DNA of 55,616 nucleotides from a virus (lineage: Duplodnaviria > Caudoviricetes), in IMG/VR virus record IMGVR_UViG_3300005663_000053, positions 1 to 55,616 of that record, one strand, 5' to 3'. Positions 54,262 through 55,616 of the stretch are shown here, piece after piece. The notes below the pieces were generated by a model. The model made no database searches, was not told where the DNA came from, and worked only from the letters and a program-made list of their open reading frames with translations. Position 1 is the first letter of the stretch; the number at the start of each line of letters is the position of its first letter. Made by a program: the position numbers and the translations under genes.

Positions 54262-54683
54262 GCATGATCCTGCTCGAGGACGTGTTGATCCTTGCCCGGA
54301 CGGTCTACGGCGAGGCGCGCGGGGAAGACGATGAGGGCCGCCGCGCGGTAGCGCACACGCCCATCAACCGCTGGAAATCGAGAAGCGGCCAATTCGCTCG
54401 CGATGACACCCTGGCCACGGCCTGCCTACGCCACCGGCAATTCTCCGCCTGGGATGCCGGGACGCCGGCCCAAGCCCGCAATCTCGACAGGATGCTTACG
54501 GTCACGCTCAACGATCCGGTGTTCCGTGCCTGCTTGGCCGCCGCCCTCAAGGCTCTCAACGAACCAGACTTCACCGGCAGCGCGAAGCACTACCACGCGC
54601 TGTCGATCTCGCCAGCTTGGGCGAAGGGGCATAAGCCCTGCTTCGTCACCGGCAACCACGCTTTCTACAACGACGTGAAATGA
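54258..54683 (+). CDS. Endolysin, SleB-like cell wall hydrolase (Hydrolase_2)
   Basis: LARTVYGEARGE, AVAH..INR, QFSAW, D.T..A.HYH, GNHAFY. Confidence 0.92.
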   Translation: MSMILLEDVLILARTVYGEARGEDDEGRRAVAHTPINRWKSRSGQFARDDTLATACLRHRQFSAWDAGTPAQARNLDRMLTVTLNDPVFRACLAAALKALNEPDFTGSAKHYHALSISPAWAKGHKPCFVTGNHAFYNDVK

Positions 54684-54697
54684 AGGAGTGACCCATC

Positions 54698-54883
54698 ATG
54701 GAATGGTTTGTTGAAAACTGGCCGCTGATCGTCGCGGCCTGGGGTGCGCTGCACGTTTTTGCCTCGACCATCACGGCCCTGACGCCGACGCCGCGCGACG
54801 ACGCTGCCCTTGCCAAGCTCTACAAGTTCATCGAGCGTGTGGCGCTGGTAGTAGGCAAGGCGAAGCGGGAGGCGCCGAAATGA
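54698..54883 (+). CDS. Holin-like membrane protein
   Basis: ASTITALTPTPRDD...KLYKFIE..AL; AAGGAG RBS. Confidence 0.65.
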   Translation: MEWFVENWPLIVAAWGALHVFASTITALTPTPRDDAALAKLYKFIERVALVVGKAKREAPK

Positions 54884-55239
54884 TCCGCCTATTCGCTTGC
54901 GGCATCTTCGCCACTCTAATCCTCACTGGCTGCATCGGGCTTGAGCCTTGGAACCCCCAGAACAACGCCGGCATCACCAACGTCACGATCGAGTGGTGCG
55001 AGTCCGCCAAGGAAGATACTGACAATTATCTCTGCAAGGTCAGTTGGATCGATGGCAAGGAGAAGGCGGACGTTAGCATAAGCTGGGGCGATAACTTCAC
55101 GTACTCGGCCAATGATGTCTCCGCCTTCCGGGGCCAGGAAATCAGAGCGGCCGTAGAGGAAGCGCTCGCCGAGGCTCAAGTGGAGGTCACCACGGCGATC
55201 GTCGACAGGATCGTCGGCGCGATTGCGGGCGGGCTCTAA
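54880..55239 (+). CDS. Lipoprotein, spanin candidate
   Basis: Lipobox LTGC; last gene of the lysis cassette. Confidence 0.6.
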   Translation: MIRLFACGIFATLILTGCIGLEPWNPQNNAGITNVTIEWCESAKEDTDNYLCKVSWIDGKEKADVSISWGDNFTYSANDVSAFRGQEIRAAVEEALAEAQVEVTTAIVDRIVGAIAGGL

Positions 55240-55309
55240 ATAGGATTAGCCAGTTCCAGCAGCGCGCCGCCGCGCCCAGAGAACATGACGACGTGCTTAG
55301 AGGCGCGTT

Positions 55310-55616
55310 TCACGCCCGGTCCTTTCTCTGATCGATTGCGCAGAAGGCAAGGAACGCCTTTCTAGGTCTCAGCACCGGTTCGCCCTTTTCCCGACTCCAA
55401 ACCCTCCATCGATGCTCCGCATCTTCGATGTCGAGTTCAGGATGAAGTTTTCTCGCCTCCTCCCTCACTTCATCACTAATCCGCGGACCCCCCCCAAAGT
55501 TATCCCCACCTTCCACACCTACCCCTACGATCTGCCGAGCCTGTACGGATTCTCCTTTCTGGCTCTGGGTATGGTGTACCCTCGTGTCACGCTCTCCACC
55601 CTCCCTCGGCAAACGC
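55310..55616 (-). CDS. 3' part of the junction-spanning replication protein (see 1..403)
   Basis: In-frame continuation across the terminal repeat. Confidence 0.7.
   Translation of the reverse strand, partial: RLPREGGERDTRVHHTQSQKGESVQARQIVGVGVEGGDNFGGGPRISDEVREEARKLHPELDIEDAEHRWRVWSREKGEPVLRPRKAFLAFCAIDQRKDRA
55540..55616. repeat. 77-bp terminal direct repeat, right copy
   Basis: Identical to 1-77. Confidence 0.97.

Larger units (their letters stand above)
1..55616. mobile_element. Complete temperate podovirus-like phage genome
   Basis: Integrase, immunity switch, terminase, portal, capsid, tubular tail, ejection and lysis genes; circular ends; no tape measure or sheath gene seen. Confidence 0.95.

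Overview
The window is a complete circular genome (55,539 bp unique; positions 1-77 repeat exactly at 55540-55616 and one ORF reads across the join) of a GC-rich temperate tailed phage with a podovirus-type virion module. The host is probably an Alphaproteobacterium (inference from gene families). Layout: (1) leftward early operon: cro-like HTH, C5 methyltransferase, excisionase, tyrosine integrase, probable attP, amino-methyltransferase, DnaA C-terminal-domain protein, YdaU/DUF1376-like replication protein; (2) immunity region with four CCACC-N5-GGTGG operators; (3) rightward early genes (HNH, ERF, DUF5131, DUF6362-like); (4) late region. The standout is about 20 kb between the small and large terminase genes. 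It holds a fibre-like protein and an apparently complete, compacted CMP-legionaminic-acid (nonulosonic acid) pathway: PtmE-like, LegB, LegC, LegH/NeuD, LegG/NeuC, LegI/NeuB, LegF/NeuA. The same block has an amidotransferase plus HisF, two radical SAM enzymes, a GT2 and two paralogous proteins with Maf/sialyltransferase-like motifs. Several predicted outer virion proteins are strongly enriched in the Ser-Thr dipeptide, while the predicted internal proteins are not. Together this suggests a phage-encoded system that O-glycosylates its own virion with a modified nonulosonic acid. This is a hypothesis. All family calls come from motif recognition by eye; no database searches were run.
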